A stretch of 64,000 bases of DNA from an uncultured delta proteobacterium. GTDB taxonomy: Bacteria; Desulfobacterota; Binatia; UBA9968. The stretch spans positions 160,001 to 224,000 of the forward strand of contig CAVSLC010000023.1 of the NCBI GenBank assembly GCA_963728565.1, written 5' to 3'. Of the stretch, positions 1 through 10,433 are shown in pieces. The notes beneath the pieces are model-generated. The model was not told the DNA's origin, ran no database searches, and was given only the letters and a program-made list of their open reading frames with translations. The position numbers and the translations under genes were made by a program. Every line of letters begins with the position of its first letter. Position 1 is the first letter of the stretch.

Positions 1-1743
1 CAATACGGGTCGGATGTCGTTGTCGATCTAATGAAAGCCCATGACATCGAATATGCGGCGTTCAATCCGGGAGCGACCTTTCGTGGCATTCATGACTCCA
101 TCGTAAACTACGGTGGGAACTACAAGCCGGAAGTGATTTTTTGTTGCCATGAGGAATTTTCCGTGGCGATCGCTCATGGCTACGCCAAGGCGAAAGGTAA
201 GCCGATGATCGCCATTGTTCACAACATGGTTGGCTTGCAACACGCGAGTATGGCAATCTTCAACGCCTGGATAGACCGGGTGCCAATCATTGTCTTGGGC
301 GGCACCGGCCCGATGAACACCAAGCGACGCCGGCCTCGCATCGATTGGATTCACACCGCCCTAGTGCAGGGAAACCAGGTTCGGGACTATGTGAAATGGG
401 ACGATCAACCCTATACGCTTGCGGATGTTCCAGATTCATTCATTCGCGGGTACCGGATCGCCACGACCGAACCGATGGCGCCGGTTTATATTAATTACGA
501 CGCCGACATCCAGGAAGAGTCTGTTTCCACCCCTGTCGAGTTGCCGGATATCAGCCGTTATGCGCCGCCAGCTCCGGTACAGGCCAACCCTGTGGAGCTG
601 AAGCGGGCCGCCGAGCTATTAGTCAATGCTCAAATGCCTTTGATCATTGCAGATAGCTTGGGACGCAACCCACAAACAGTGCCGGCATTGGTTGATCTCG
701 CCGAGCTGTTGGCGATTCCAGTGATCGATAAAGGGGCGCGTTTCAATTTCCCAACCACCCACCCATTGGATGTTACCGATGGGGCAAAAGAGATCTTGCC
801 CAAAGCCGATGTGATTTTGGCTCTGGACGTCGCCGATTTGTATGGATCTCTAACGACCGTTAGCAAGCAAACCCGCGACTGCGTCTATGTGACCTCACCG
901 TCAGTGAAGATTATCACTATTTCGATGCACGACATGCTGGTGCGCTCGTGGGCCGGAGATTACCAGGCCTTACAGCCCACCGATATTCCACTCACGGCCG
1001 ATACTTCGGTGGCGGTGCCGGAACTGACTCGCCTTTGCCGCGAACTTTTAGGCAAGGATTCGAAGAGGAAATCGGCAATGGAGGCAAGACAGAAAGAACT
1101 GGCCGACAAAAGTAAGAGTCGGCGGGCTAAGTGGTTGGCCGATGCGCAAGCCAAGGCTTCGCTGCAAAACATCTCGACCGCTTTTCTCGCGTATGATCTA
1201 GGTGAGGTAATCAAAAGAGAGGATTGGGTGCTGGTGAACGGAACGTCAAACGGCTGGGCTCGCCGTTTATGGGACTTTACCAAACCGAACCAATATCTTG
1301 GCGCTAGCGGGGGCGCCGGAGTTGGTTACGGCGCCAGCGCAGCCATCGGCGCAGCCTTGGCTTTGAAAGGGAGCGGCAAAGTCGCAATCGATATCCAGTC
1401 GGATGGCGACTTGCTTATGACCTCGAGTTGTCTCTGGACCGCGGCCAAACACAGGATTCCTCTACTGATGGTGCTGCACAATAACCAGTCTTTTTACAAC
1501 TCAGAAGAGCATGGGATCGAAGTGGCTAAGTTTCGCAACCGACCGGTGGAGAACGCGGGTATAGGAACTCACGTGGACGATCCGGAGGTCGATTATGCGA
1601 AGATGGCGCAGTCTTTTGGCGTGCATGCCGAAGGAACGATCCGCCGAACCTCGGAATTGCGTCCAGCGATCGAGCGGGCGTTGAAATACGTAAAGGAGAA
1701 GCAATTGCCGGCTCTGGTGGACGTGGTTTCAGAGCCGCGATAG
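1..1743 (+). CDS. Thiamine pyrophosphate-binding enzyme (acetolactate synthase/benzoylformate decarboxylase superfamily), 5' end probably outside window
   Basis: Frame open from base 1 (QYGSDVVVDLMK...). N-terminal CHEEFSVAIAHGYAK and C-terminal ThDP motif SDGDLL...NNQSF. Confidence 0.85.
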   Translation, partial: QYGSDVVVDLMKAHDIEYAAFNPGATFRGIHDSIVNYGGNYKPEVIFCCHEEFSVAIAHGYAKAKGKPMIAIVHNMVGLQHASMAIFNAWIDRVPIIVLGGTGPMNTKRRRPRIDWIHTALVQGNQVRDYVKWDDQPYTLADVPDSFIRGYRIATTEPMAPVYINYDADIQEESVSTPVELPDISRYAPPAPVQANPVELKRAAELLVNAQMPLIIADSLGRNPQTVPALVDLAELLAIPVIDKGARFNFPTTHPLDVTDGAKEILPKADVILALDVADLYGSLTTVSKQTRDCVYVTSPSVKIITISMHDMLVRSWAGDYQALQPTDIPLTADTSVAVPELTRLCRELLGKDSKRKSAMEARQKELADKSKSRRAKWLADAQAKASLQNISTAFLAYDLGEVIKREDWVLVNGTSNGWARRLWDFTKPNQYLGASGGAGVGYGASAAIGAALALKGSGKVAIDIQSDGDLLMTSSCLWTAAKHRIPLLMVLHNNQSFYNSEEHGIEVAKFRNRPVENAGIGTHVDDPEVDYAKMAQSFGVHAEGTIRRTSELRPAIERALKYVKEKQLPALVDVVSEPR

Positions 1744-1754
1744 GAGCTTTCGTT

Positions 1755-2588
1755 GTGAGCAACGATCTCTACGTTGCATTTCGCCAGGCCATCGATGGTC
1801 CGGAAGATCAGATCGATATCGGCCGCGCGGCTCTAGCAATTGCCACGCAGGAGTATCCGGATCTTAAAATTGACGACTGCCTGTCCCAGCTCGATGCGCT
1901 GGGACAGGCAGTCGAGCTTAGAATCGGTGACGAGAAAAATCCCTACCGCATTATCGCCGCCCTCAACACGGTCCTCTTCAAAGAGCTAGGTTTCCAAGGG
2001 AACCGTTCTGAATACTACGATCCTAAGAATAGTTTCCTAAACGATGTCATCAGTCGCAAGAAAGGAATTCCTATTAGTCTTTCGGTGGTTTACATGGAAG
2101 TGGCTCGGCGAGTGGGATTATCGCTTGAGGGAATAGGTTTCCCAGGTCATTTTCTGGTCAAGTATGACGATGGCAAATTGGAAATTTTCATCGATGTTTT
2201 CAACGGGGGAGAGATCCGTTCACGGGAAGATCTGGATCGAATGCTGCAGCAGCTTTATCGAGGTCAGCTGTCGTATCAACCCGGTTTTGTCGTCCCTTTA
2301 GGCAAACGAGACATTTTGCGGCGGATGCTCAATAACCTGAAATGGATTTACCTGGAGAGAGGCGAACCGCTGAAAACCTTGTCGGTGCTCGATCAGTTGG
2401 CGATACTGGATCCGAGCGCGGCCAGTGAAATTCGCGACCGCGGGCTCTTGTATATCACCCTTGAATGTTATGCGCAGGCACTCGATGATCTGGAAAGCTA
2501 CTTATCACTAGCTCCTGGCGCCGAAGATGCGGCGATGATAAAAGCGCAGATCGAATCGATAAGACACCGATACCTCCAGATTCACTGA
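1755..2588 (+). CDS. SirB1-family protein (transglutaminase-like core plus TPR)
   Basis: Motifs YYDPKNSFLNDVI, GIPISL, GFPGHFLV, EIRDRGL. Confidence 0.85.
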   Translation: MSNDLYVAFRQAIDGPEDQIDIGRAALAIATQEYPDLKIDDCLSQLDALGQAVELRIGDEKNPYRIIAALNTVLFKELGFQGNRSEYYDPKNSFLNDVISRKKGIPISLSVVYMEVARRVGLSLEGIGFPGHFLVKYDDGKLEIFIDVFNGGEIRSREDLDRMLQQLYRGQLSYQPGFVVPLGKRDILRRMLNNLKWIYLERGEPLKTLSVLDQLAILDPSAASEIRDRGLLYITLECYAQALDDLESYLSLAPGAEDAAMIKAQIESIRHRYLQIH

Positions 2589-2612
2589 CACGCAATTCTA
2601 TGGCACCGGTTC

Positions 2613-4829
2613 TTATCGTCTGGCGAATTCCTTAAAGTTTGCGGCGAAGGAAGTGGTTAACGAGAAATCCTGGATCATCGCCCGCGTAAGGCGCCATGGC
2701 CGGATGTGCCATAATTTCATCTGGCGCGCGTTGTGAATCGTATGGCTCCAAATCCGCTGCAGTTCCTGTCTGGAATAGACCACCCGATTGTTAATCGCGT
2801 CGAACTTAATCAGCCGTAAGCTAGCACGCGATGGCAATGAACCCCGTAACTTTGTGTAAGCTTCCTGCCACTCGTTCACGCGGTCGCTGAGACGTACGTT
2901 CGCCTGTAGGCTGTGCATCTCATCAAGGCAACTTCGTGCCGCTTCGGTTTCCACCCAACGGATCTCTTGTATCCTATTTCTCAGGTGTTCCCATTGCTTT
3001 AGAAAGCGGTTCAGATCGCTGCGGTTGTAAAGAATTCTCGACGAGAGCTCTTCCAGAGGATCTAGCAGGGCTCTGGCCCGTCCCGAAAGCGTTTCCCTAG
3101 CGCTACTGTAAACTTTTTGTAACTCAGCAATTCGTAAAGCTTGCCAAATATCGGTTTGAATTTTCTGGATCTGCTCGACCCAGCGCTCCTCGGTGTCGCT
3201 TTTTTTTCTGGTTTGCAGCCAAACTTCTTCAATCTCCTTCAGAAACTTTGCCCAGTTGACAAGTAGGTGCGTGATTTCTTTACTGCGTTTCCAGGCATGA
3301 ACCGGTACCGAGTCGATAGCATAGCCTGGCCGGCGGGTTTTACGATCCTTGAGCCGGAAAAAACCGGCGACCATCGGGTGCTGTTTCTCAATTAAAGCCG
3401 CGTTCTTGTACCACAAGAAAATCGACATAAGGTTCCAGTAATTTCTCGGATTATCGGTCCACCTGGAAAGGACCCTGATCATATTTTCTTTGCTGTAAAA
3501 TGTTCTCCATGCGTTTTCATAACAATCGGTCCACTCTTGTTCGCTCATCAGCGGGTGCTTGATGGTGGCATGAAACGAGTCGCGCTTATTGAAATCCGGG
3601 TCCATCCAATCGCCCCGTTTTTTCATCTCTCGATGATCGTGCGACCCCGGCAGGGGAGTTAGCATAAAAAATGAAGCCTGATCGGGGCCAACCTCGTCGA
3701 TGAGAAAGCGGATGTCGTTCGGAACCTGCTCTTTTGAATCCCAGGGTAGGCCGATGATATAGCCGGTATGAACCACTACTCCGACTTGATGCCATTCTTG
3801 GATGATCTCGCGATACTCTTCAACTTTGTTTTGCTTTTTGCCTTCAGACTCCAAGTTCTGCGGATTGACGCTTTCCATGCCGATAAAGACTTGCGTGCAG
3901 CCCGCTTTCGCCGCCAGCGAAACGAAGTCTTTCGGCTTCCTTGCGAGGTCAACCTGCATCATGAAGGTCACATCGAGACCTTCTTCTCGAAGTTTGATAA
4001 TCTCTTCAAAGGTTTCGCGCCAGAGCTTTTTGCGAGCAAAGTTGTCGTCGGTGAAAAAATAAAACGACACGCCATGATCGCGATAGTTCCGGCGCATCAT
4101 CGCCGCGATGCTTTGCGGGCTTCGTTCACGCATCTTACGCCCTTGAACATTGATGATCGTGCAGAAGCTGCAGGCAAATGGGCACCCGCGTGATGTGTCT
4201 GCCGTGCCAAAGCTCGGGTAGGCAAAATGCTCCATGGTTTTGGAGCTGGTTTTCGGCAATGGCGAATCTTCGATGTCGACCAAACTTTGTAAGTCTTGCG
4301 CGAAGCTATAAAGAGGTTTGAGTTTCCCTTCGAGAAAGTCCGCTAGAATCATGTCCCACTTGCCTTCGACTTCGCCGGATACCGCGCAGATGCCTTCCCG
4401 AAAAAGTTCTTGCATGTCGGGTTCCTGCTCACCCAACATGTTGACCGTTCCGCTCGTGTGAAAGCCGCCGATGATCACCGTGATCCCCTCGGCGCGCAGG
4501 GTCCTTGCCATATCAACAGCGCGGGGAAATTGATTGGTTTGCACGCCAACCATACAGACCAGCAGCTGCGTATTCGGTTCGCTGTTCCAGCGAATGATTT
4601 TGTGCAGAGGAACTTTTTCTGCGGTTTCGTCAAATGTGGTAATCTCTATCGGAAGATCTCCAAACACACGGCGTTGTATAACATCTTCAGTCAAGCCATG
4701 GAGAACGTTCAAGGTGTTACTCGGTAGGACGCCTTTCCAAAAGCGAATGACGTAACCGTCATCGTCATACTTGGAGGGCTTGATCAAAACTATCCGCAGT
4801 TTTTCAATTAACTTTTGCTGATACGTCAC
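2613..4829 (-). CDS. Cobalamin-binding radical SAM protein with long helical C-terminal extension
   Basis: SRGCPFACSFC (CxxxCxxC), FTDDNF, and N-terminal B12-like domain (IGGFH). Start moved to GTG at 4829 behind a GGAGG SD. Confidence 0.8.
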   Translation of the reverse strand: MTYQQKLIEKLRIVLIKPSKYDDDGYVIRFWKGVLPSNTLNVLHGLTEDVIQRRVFGDLPIEITTFDETAEKVPLHKIIRWNSEPNTQLLVCMVGVQTNQFPRAVDMARTLRAEGITVIIGGFHTSGTVNMLGEQEPDMQELFREGICAVSGEVEGKWDMILADFLEGKLKPLYSFAQDLQSLVDIEDSPLPKTSSKTMEHFAYPSFGTADTSRGCPFACSFCTIINVQGRKMRERSPQSIAAMMRRNYRDHGVSFYFFTDDNFARKKLWRETFEEIIKLREEGLDVTFMMQVDLARKPKDFVSLAAKAGCTQVFIGMESVNPQNLESEGKKQNKVEEYREIIQEWHQVGVVVHTGYIIGLPWDSKEQVPNDIRFLIDEVGPDQASFFMLTPLPGSHDHREMKKRGDWMDPDFNKRDSFHATIKHPLMSEQEWTDCYENAWRTFYSKENMIRVLSRWTDNPRNYWNLMSIFLWYKNAALIEKQHPMVAGFFRLKDRKTRRPGYAIDSVPVHAWKRSKEITHLLVNWAKFLKEIEEVWLQTRKKSDTEERWVEQIQKIQTDIWQALRIAELQKVYSSARETLSGRARALLDPLEELSSRILYNRSDLNRFLKQWEHLRNRIQEIRWVETEAARSCLDEMHSLQANVRLSDRVNEWQEAYTKLRGSLPSRASLRLIKFDAINNRVVYSRQELQRIWSHTIHNARQMKLWHIRPWRLTRAMIQDFSLTTSFAANFKEFARR

Positions 4830-4981
4830 GCCGCCCTCCGTCAGCTTGTAAGTGTAGCCGACATCTTTTATAGATAAATTAATAAATTCAAGCCTTTGGC
4901 GAACTGTAACAACCGCCCTATACCAAGTCAAGCTTTTTGCACAGTTGGCAGACTTGTAACTGTTTGCCGGCGTTACCCTCG

Positions 4982-6571
4982 ATGATCCAACTGCTTCACG
5001 TCAGCAAAACTTATCCGCCCAGTTCCCCGGCTCTGATCGACATTACGCTGAGTATCGAGGATGGGCATTTCGTTTTCCTGACCGGCCCTAGCGGCGCGGG
5101 AAAAACCACATTACTTAAGCTGCTGTTCCGGGAGGAGGAACCGAGTGAAGGACAGATTCTAATTGATCATCAGAATGTCACGCGCTTGCGCAGCCGCGGA
5201 GTCGCCCGCCTACGGAGGCGCATTGGGCTGGTCTTTCAAGAATTCAGATTGCTGCCGCGGCTCACTGTAATGGAAAATGTCGCGCTAGCGGCTCAAGTGG
5301 TGGGCGTTTCGCGACGAGAAGCTCAGATCAAAGCTGTTCGCATACTGAGGGAACTCGGGCTGGAAAAACCACAAGCCAAACCGCTGATGCTCTCGGCCGG
5401 GGAGCAGCAACGCGTCGCCATTGCACGAGCTTTGATCAATGAACCCAGATTGATCTTGGCTGACGAGCCGACTGGAAATCTCGATCCGGGCCTTGCCGAA
5501 GAAATTATGCGAATATTTCTTAAATTGCGCGAAGCTGGAACGACTCTCATCGTCGCCAGTCACAATCTGGATCTGATCAAGCGGTATGGCAGTCGAATTC
5601 TGTCACTGCGTCAAGGTCGCCTCGTTGATGATCTCGAAAGAGTGACGGAGGCGCACGCGTCTGTGAGCTGGTCGCATGTCGCGTTTGTCGCTCGTCGTGT
5701 GCGCCAAAGCTTATGGGAGTTGCTGTGGAGTCACGTCCTTACTTCGGGAACTATGGCGACCTCGCTATTCGTTTTCGGTGTTTTCATCCTCCTTCAGGAG
5801 AATCTTCAGCACATGCTAAACGGCTGGGGAGATCAGATTCAGATAAACACCTATCTCGCTAACGATGTCGGCACTGATCAAGTGGAAGCGATGATGGATC
5901 GCATTCGTGCAATGCCGGAAGTTGAGGGTTTGCGGCATATTTCCAAGGAGCAAGCCTGGAACGATTTCCAAACCGCTTTAGGCGCTCAGTCCGCTGTTTT
6001 AGAAGGCTTGCCCAGCGATGTTTTGCCGGCGTCGTTTGAAATCACCGTTAAGCCTGTCTTTCGGGACCCGGCGCGAGTTCAGGATCTCGCGGGTCGCCTC
6101 GGTAAGATCAACGGAATCGCGGCTGTGGAGTATCCGCAACAATGGGTTGACCGGCTCAACCTGTTCGTGTTAGCGGTCCGGTGGGCCAAGTGGGCGCTAG
6201 GCGGTATTCTTTTCATCGCGACCTTTTTCATTGTCGGCAGTACCGTTCGGTTGGCTTTGTTGGCGCGTAAAGACGAGATCGAAATCATGCAGTTCGTCGG
6301 TGCTTCGGAAGAACTGATTCGCGCGCCCTTTGTGGTTGAAGGCATGCTTCAAGGCACAATCGGCGCGGGCGTTTCTTTATTCTGTTTATGGCTATGTTAT
6401 GTGTTGTTGCAGCAATACCTGGTCGGCCATTTGGCTCTGTTCGGGCCCAAGATGCAATTGCGTTTTCTTGATCCCGCCAGCATCACGATGATCGTCGCGA
6501 TCGGCTTGCTGCTCGGCGGCCTTGGCAGTCTCTTTTCTCTTAGGAGGTTCCTTAGAAAGTGGCGCGGCTAG
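4982..6571 (+). CDS. ftsEX: FtsE ATPase and FtsX permease in one open frame (fusion or sequencing indel)
   Basis: Walker A GPSGAGKT, LSAGEQQRVAIARA, ADEPTGNLD, then FtsX TM helices and EIEIMQFVGAS. Precedes envC and ctpA. Confidence 0.85.
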   Translation: MIQLLHVSKTYPPSSPALIDITLSIEDGHFVFLTGPSGAGKTTLLKLLFREEEPSEGQILIDHQNVTRLRSRGVARLRRRIGLVFQEFRLLPRLTVMENVALAAQVVGVSRREAQIKAVRILRELGLEKPQAKPLMLSAGEQQRVAIARALINEPRLILADEPTGNLDPGLAEEIMRIFLKLREAGTTLIVASHNLDLIKRYGSRILSLRQGRLVDDLERVTEAHASVSWSHVAFVARRVRQSLWELLWSHVLTSGTMATSLFVFGVFILLQENLQHMLNGWGDQIQINTYLANDVGTDQVEAMMDRIRAMPEVEGLRHISKEQAWNDFQTALGAQSAVLEGLPSDVLPASFEITVKPVFRDPARVQDLAGRLGKINGIAAVEYPQQWVDRLNLFVLAVRWAKWALGGILFIATFFIVGSTVRLALLARKDEIEIMQFVGASEELIRAPFVVEGMLQGTIGAGVSLFCLWLCYVLLQQYLVGHLALFGPKMQLRFLDPASITMIVAIGLLLGGLGSLFSLRRFLRKWRG

Positions 6572-7708
6572 CGGTTGTGGCTGTCTGCCTCCTTGCAGGT
6601 TTGCTAGGGGCGCTAGCTCATTCGGCGAGTGTCAATCGAGATCTGGAAGGCATCAAGAAAAAGATCGAATCGGAAAAACGTGTCCTTTCTCAGGTGAACA
6701 AAAAGGAAGGTTCGGTGATTCAATCCCTGAGTCAGGTGGAGAGCGAACTTGAACGAAAAAACAAACTACTCAAACAGTCGACCGCCAGACTAGAAGTAGT
6801 CGTCTCGGAAATGCAGAAGAAAGAAGCGGAGGCGCTGCGAATGCGTGAGTCGCTGGAGCAGCGCAAAAGCTATTTGGCGCGACGCGCTGAAGCGCTTTAT
6901 CGTTGGCAGCGCAGCGGCAGTCCACTGATGATTTTCAATGGCGACCTATCCTTAAACTCTTTAATCAAGCGAAAATATTACTTGCAACGCACCGTGGCCT
7001 TTGACCGAGCGATGGTGCAATCGTTGAACGAGCAGGCGGCGCATCAGGAAATGCTTGCGCAAGAACTGGCCCGTAAAAGGCAAGACGTTGACGATCAGAG
7101 ACGCGACTTGGCCCAGGTCAAGGAAGCAGTTCAAAAAGAGGCGCAAAAAAAACGTGAGTTGCTCGCCAGCATCAGAGAGGAAAAAGAATCGCGCCAGCGC
7201 GCGTTGAAAGATTTAGAGCAGGCTGCCGTACGCTTGCAGAGAATGATCGAGGAACTTTCCAGGCGCTCATGCGGCCAAATCGAAGGAAGCTTCGGCCGAT
7301 GGCGGTTTAGAAAGCATGCGTGGGAAGCTCGATTGGCCGGTTAAAGGCCAAGTGATCGGCGGCTTTGGTAAAACCAAACACCATGAGTTTTCCACCGAGG
7401 TCTTCCGTAAGGGTTTGGAGATCGAAGCTCCCGTCGGGGAGGAGATTCGGGCTGTTGAGAAGGGGAAAGTTGTCTTCGCCGACCGATTCTCCGGGTATGG
7501 TAAAATGTTGATTATCGATCACGGCGACCGTTATTATACGGTTTATGCTCATTTGTCGGATTTTCTAAGGAAAAATGGAGATTTCGTACGACGCGGAGAA
7601 GCCGTTGCCCTGGTCGGTGATAGCGATTCACTGGCGGGCTCAAAGCTTTATTTCGAGATGCGCAAGGACGGCAAATCGATCGATCCGGCGCCCTGGTTTC
7701 GAAGATAA
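6559..7708 (+). CDS. envC: Murein hydrolase activator EnvC (coiled coil plus M23/LytM), frameshift near 7270
   Basis: ORF 6559..7344 is coiled coil and ORF 7316..7708 is LytM (LDWPVKG, GYGKMLIIDHG, YAHL, LYFEMR). Follows ftsEX. Confidence 0.8.
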
Positions 7709-7780
7709 TAGCTATTTCCAAACCGTTGATATAGTATTGTTTTACTACAAACGTGGCCAGAACTGGCGAGGTGAGATCCT

Positions 7781-9139
7781 ATGCGTTCGATGACTAAGCA
7801 TGGTGTGAGTCTTTCAATTCTACTTGTTGGAATTGCCCTGGGATTCGTTTTAGCCGGACAGTGGGTTCCCAATGTGTCGGCGGTGCCCCGGCAGGACTAT
7901 GAAACTTTAGAAACCTTTACCAACATACTTTCCATCGTCAAGAAGAATTATGTCGAGGATGTAGAAACCAAGAATCTCGTCAACGGGGCGATTAATGGCA
8001 TGCTAACTTCACTCGATCCTCATAGCGCTTACCTGACCCCCGACCTCTATAAAGAACTGCAAATGGACACCCAGGGGAGATTCGGCGGCCTTGGAATTGA
8101 GATCACCGTTAAAAACGGTGTGCTGACGGTGGTTTCACCGATTGAAGATACGCCGGCGTTTAAAGCCGGGGTGAAGCCGGGCGATATGATTTTCAAAATT
8201 GAAGATGATTTTACCAAGGACATGACACTGGTTGATGCCGTCAAAAGAATGCGTGGCCCGAAAGGCAGCAAAATCAACCTTTCGATCAAACGAGAAGGGA
8301 ATCCGGAACTGATCAATCTAAGCTTGACCCGCGATACCATCAGGGTTCAAAGCGTTCGCAATCGAACCTTGGAGCCGGGGTATGGGTATATCCGTCTGGC
8401 ACAGTTCCAGGAGCGCAGTGACCGTGATTTACAGAGGGCGCTGGAGAAAATGGCGGCGGAAAAAGGCGGTTTGAAAGGGCTCGTTCTTGACCTGCGGAAC
8501 AATCCGGGCGGTTTACTGACGCAAGCGGTCAGGATTTCCGACATCTTTTTGGATTCGGGCTTGATCGTTTATACCGACGGGCGCATCGAATCTCAAAAGC
8601 AGAAGTTTTTTGCCCAGAAAGATGCCTCCTCGATGGAGTTCCCGCTGGTGGTGCTCGTGAATGGCGGCAGCGCCAGCGCCTCCGAAATCGTTGCCGGCGC
8701 TTTGCAGGATCACAAGCGCGCCGTGGTCCTGGGCACCAAAACCTTCGGCAAGGGTTCAGTGCAGACCATTCTGCCTCTGGACGACAACTCTGCGCTGCGA
8801 CTTACCACCGCGCGTTACTTCACCCCCAAGGGGCGATCTATTCAAGCCACTGGAATCGTTCCCGATATCACCGTTGAGAGCACGCCGCAGCAGGACGGCA
8901 AGCTCGACGATCGCAAGAGGCAGAGCCTGCGCGAGGAAAATTTGCCCGGCCACCTGCAAAATCAGCAGCAGAATCCGTCGTCACAAGAGCAACTGGATAG
9001 GGAGCGGGAAAAGCAGATTCCATCTTCGGCTCCGACTGGAGACGAAACGATTGACAATGACGCTCAATTAAAGCGTGCTTTGGATCTATTAAAGAGCTGG
9101 GATGTGTTCAAGCAAGTCGTGCAGAAGAAGGCCGCGTAA
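7781..9139 (+). CDS. ctpA: Carboxyl-terminal processing protease, S41 family
   Basis: PDZ GLGIEI, LDLRNNPGG, SASASEIVAGALQD, TFGKGSVQ. Confidence 0.93.
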   Translation: MRSMTKHGVSLSILLVGIALGFVLAGQWVPNVSAVPRQDYETLETFTNILSIVKKNYVEDVETKNLVNGAINGMLTSLDPHSAYLTPDLYKELQMDTQGRFGGLGIEITVKNGVLTVVSPIEDTPAFKAGVKPGDMIFKIEDDFTKDMTLVDAVKRMRGPKGSKINLSIKREGNPELINLSLTRDTIRVQSVRNRTLEPGYGYIRLAQFQERSDRDLQRALEKMAAEKGGLKGLVLDLRNNPGGLLTQAVRISDIFLDSGLIVYTDGRIESQKQKFFAQKDASSMEFPLVVLVNGGSASASEIVAGALQDHKRAVVLGTKTFGKGSVQTILPLDDNSALRLTTARYFTPKGRSIQATGIVPDITVESTPQQDGKLDDRKRQSLREENLPGHLQNQQQNPSSQEQLDREREKQIPSSAPTGDETIDNDAQLKRALDLLKSWDVFKQVVQKKAA

Positions 9140-9162
9140 TCTTGTTGGTTGCTATCACTGTG

Positions 9163-9194
9163 AATTAGCCCTCCCACGGAGGGCTAATTTTTTT
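9163..9194 (+). terminator. Intrinsic terminator after ctpA
   Basis: AATTAGCCCTCC-CAC-GGAGGGCTAATT followed by a T run. Confidence 0.8.
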
Positions 9195-9207
9195 GTGAAA
9201 CTAGATC

Positions 9208-10432
9208 GTGATTAGGAAAGAAGCGGGTTTACCGCTATTCACCCAAACTCCTAAGTATCTCACCGTTAGTCAGCTCAATCAGCTCGTTCGGGTGACCTTG
9301 GAAACACGCTTGGATGCGGTTTGGGTGCTTGGGGAGATTTCTAACTTTCGAATCCCTCCCTCGGGCCATTGTTACTTCACCCTCAAGGACGAAAAGAGCC
9401 AGATTTCAGCGGTGCTGTTTCGACGACAGGGTCAGTACGTTGGCATTCGTGCCGGAGAACGGCATGCAGGTTTTATGCTTTGCCCGGGTCAGTCTTTACA
9501 CGGCGCGCGGGGATTTGCAGATCTATGTCGAATCGCTGGAGCCCCGAGGTCAAGGCGCGCTCTACCTGGCGTTCGAGCAACTCAAAAAAAGGCTGGCTCA
9601 GGAAGGCTTGTTTGCTGCCGAACGAAAACGGCCCTTGCCTTTCTTACCGAAGACGATCGGAATCGTGACCTCCGACAGCGGCGCGGCGTTACACGACATG
9701 CTGAGAATTATCCGGGATCGTTACCCTGATCGGCGTGTGGTCGTGCGTCCCGTTAAAGTTCAAGGCCTCGGATCTGCAAATGAGATCGCCGCCGCCATTG
9801 CGGATCTATGTACGACCGGCGTGGACGTCATGATCGTCGGGCGGGGTGGCGGCTCATTGGAAGACCTCTGGGCTTTCAACGAAGAAGTCGTCGCGCGGGC
9901 GATTTTTGCCTGTTCGGTGCCGGTGATTTCCGCCGTCGGTCATGAAGTTGATTTTACCATCGCGGATTTTGTCGCCGACCAGCGCGCGCCGACGCCGACC
10001 GCCGCCGCGGAAATGGTTGTGCCGTGCAAAAAGGATTTGCTGGCGGAATTGCAACTGATCGAGAACCAGTTGCTTCGCTGTATGCAAAGTAAAATAGACG
10101 ACGCCCAGGAAATTTGCCGCGGGCTGGTCAAAAGATTATCCGACCCCGGGCGCAAGTTGCGCGAAAAGCAACAACATCTGGATGACCTTTCGGTGGATCT
10201 ACAGCGCCGTTTTTCAGATCGGCTGAACCACTTTAAAGAACGTTTGGGCCACGAGAGTAGCCGCTTGAGCGCCTTGAGCCCACTGGCTGTTCTCGATCGT
10301 GGCTACAGTATCACCCACAAAGTCCCGGATGGCGCAATCGTCAAGGCCGCCGAGGGCCTAATCGTCGGTGATCTCGTGCGGATTACCCTGGCTCAGGGCA
10401 AAGCGACTTGTCGGGTCGAAGGCAAAGAGTGA
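9208..10432 (+). CDS. xseA: Exodeoxyribonuclease VII large subunit, frameshift near 9435
   Basis: N-terminal GEISNF..SGHCYFTLKD in ORF 9208; GRGGGSLEDLWAFNEE, SAVGHEVD and APTPTAAAE in ORF 9314. Confidence 0.9.
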
Positions 10433-10433
10433 C

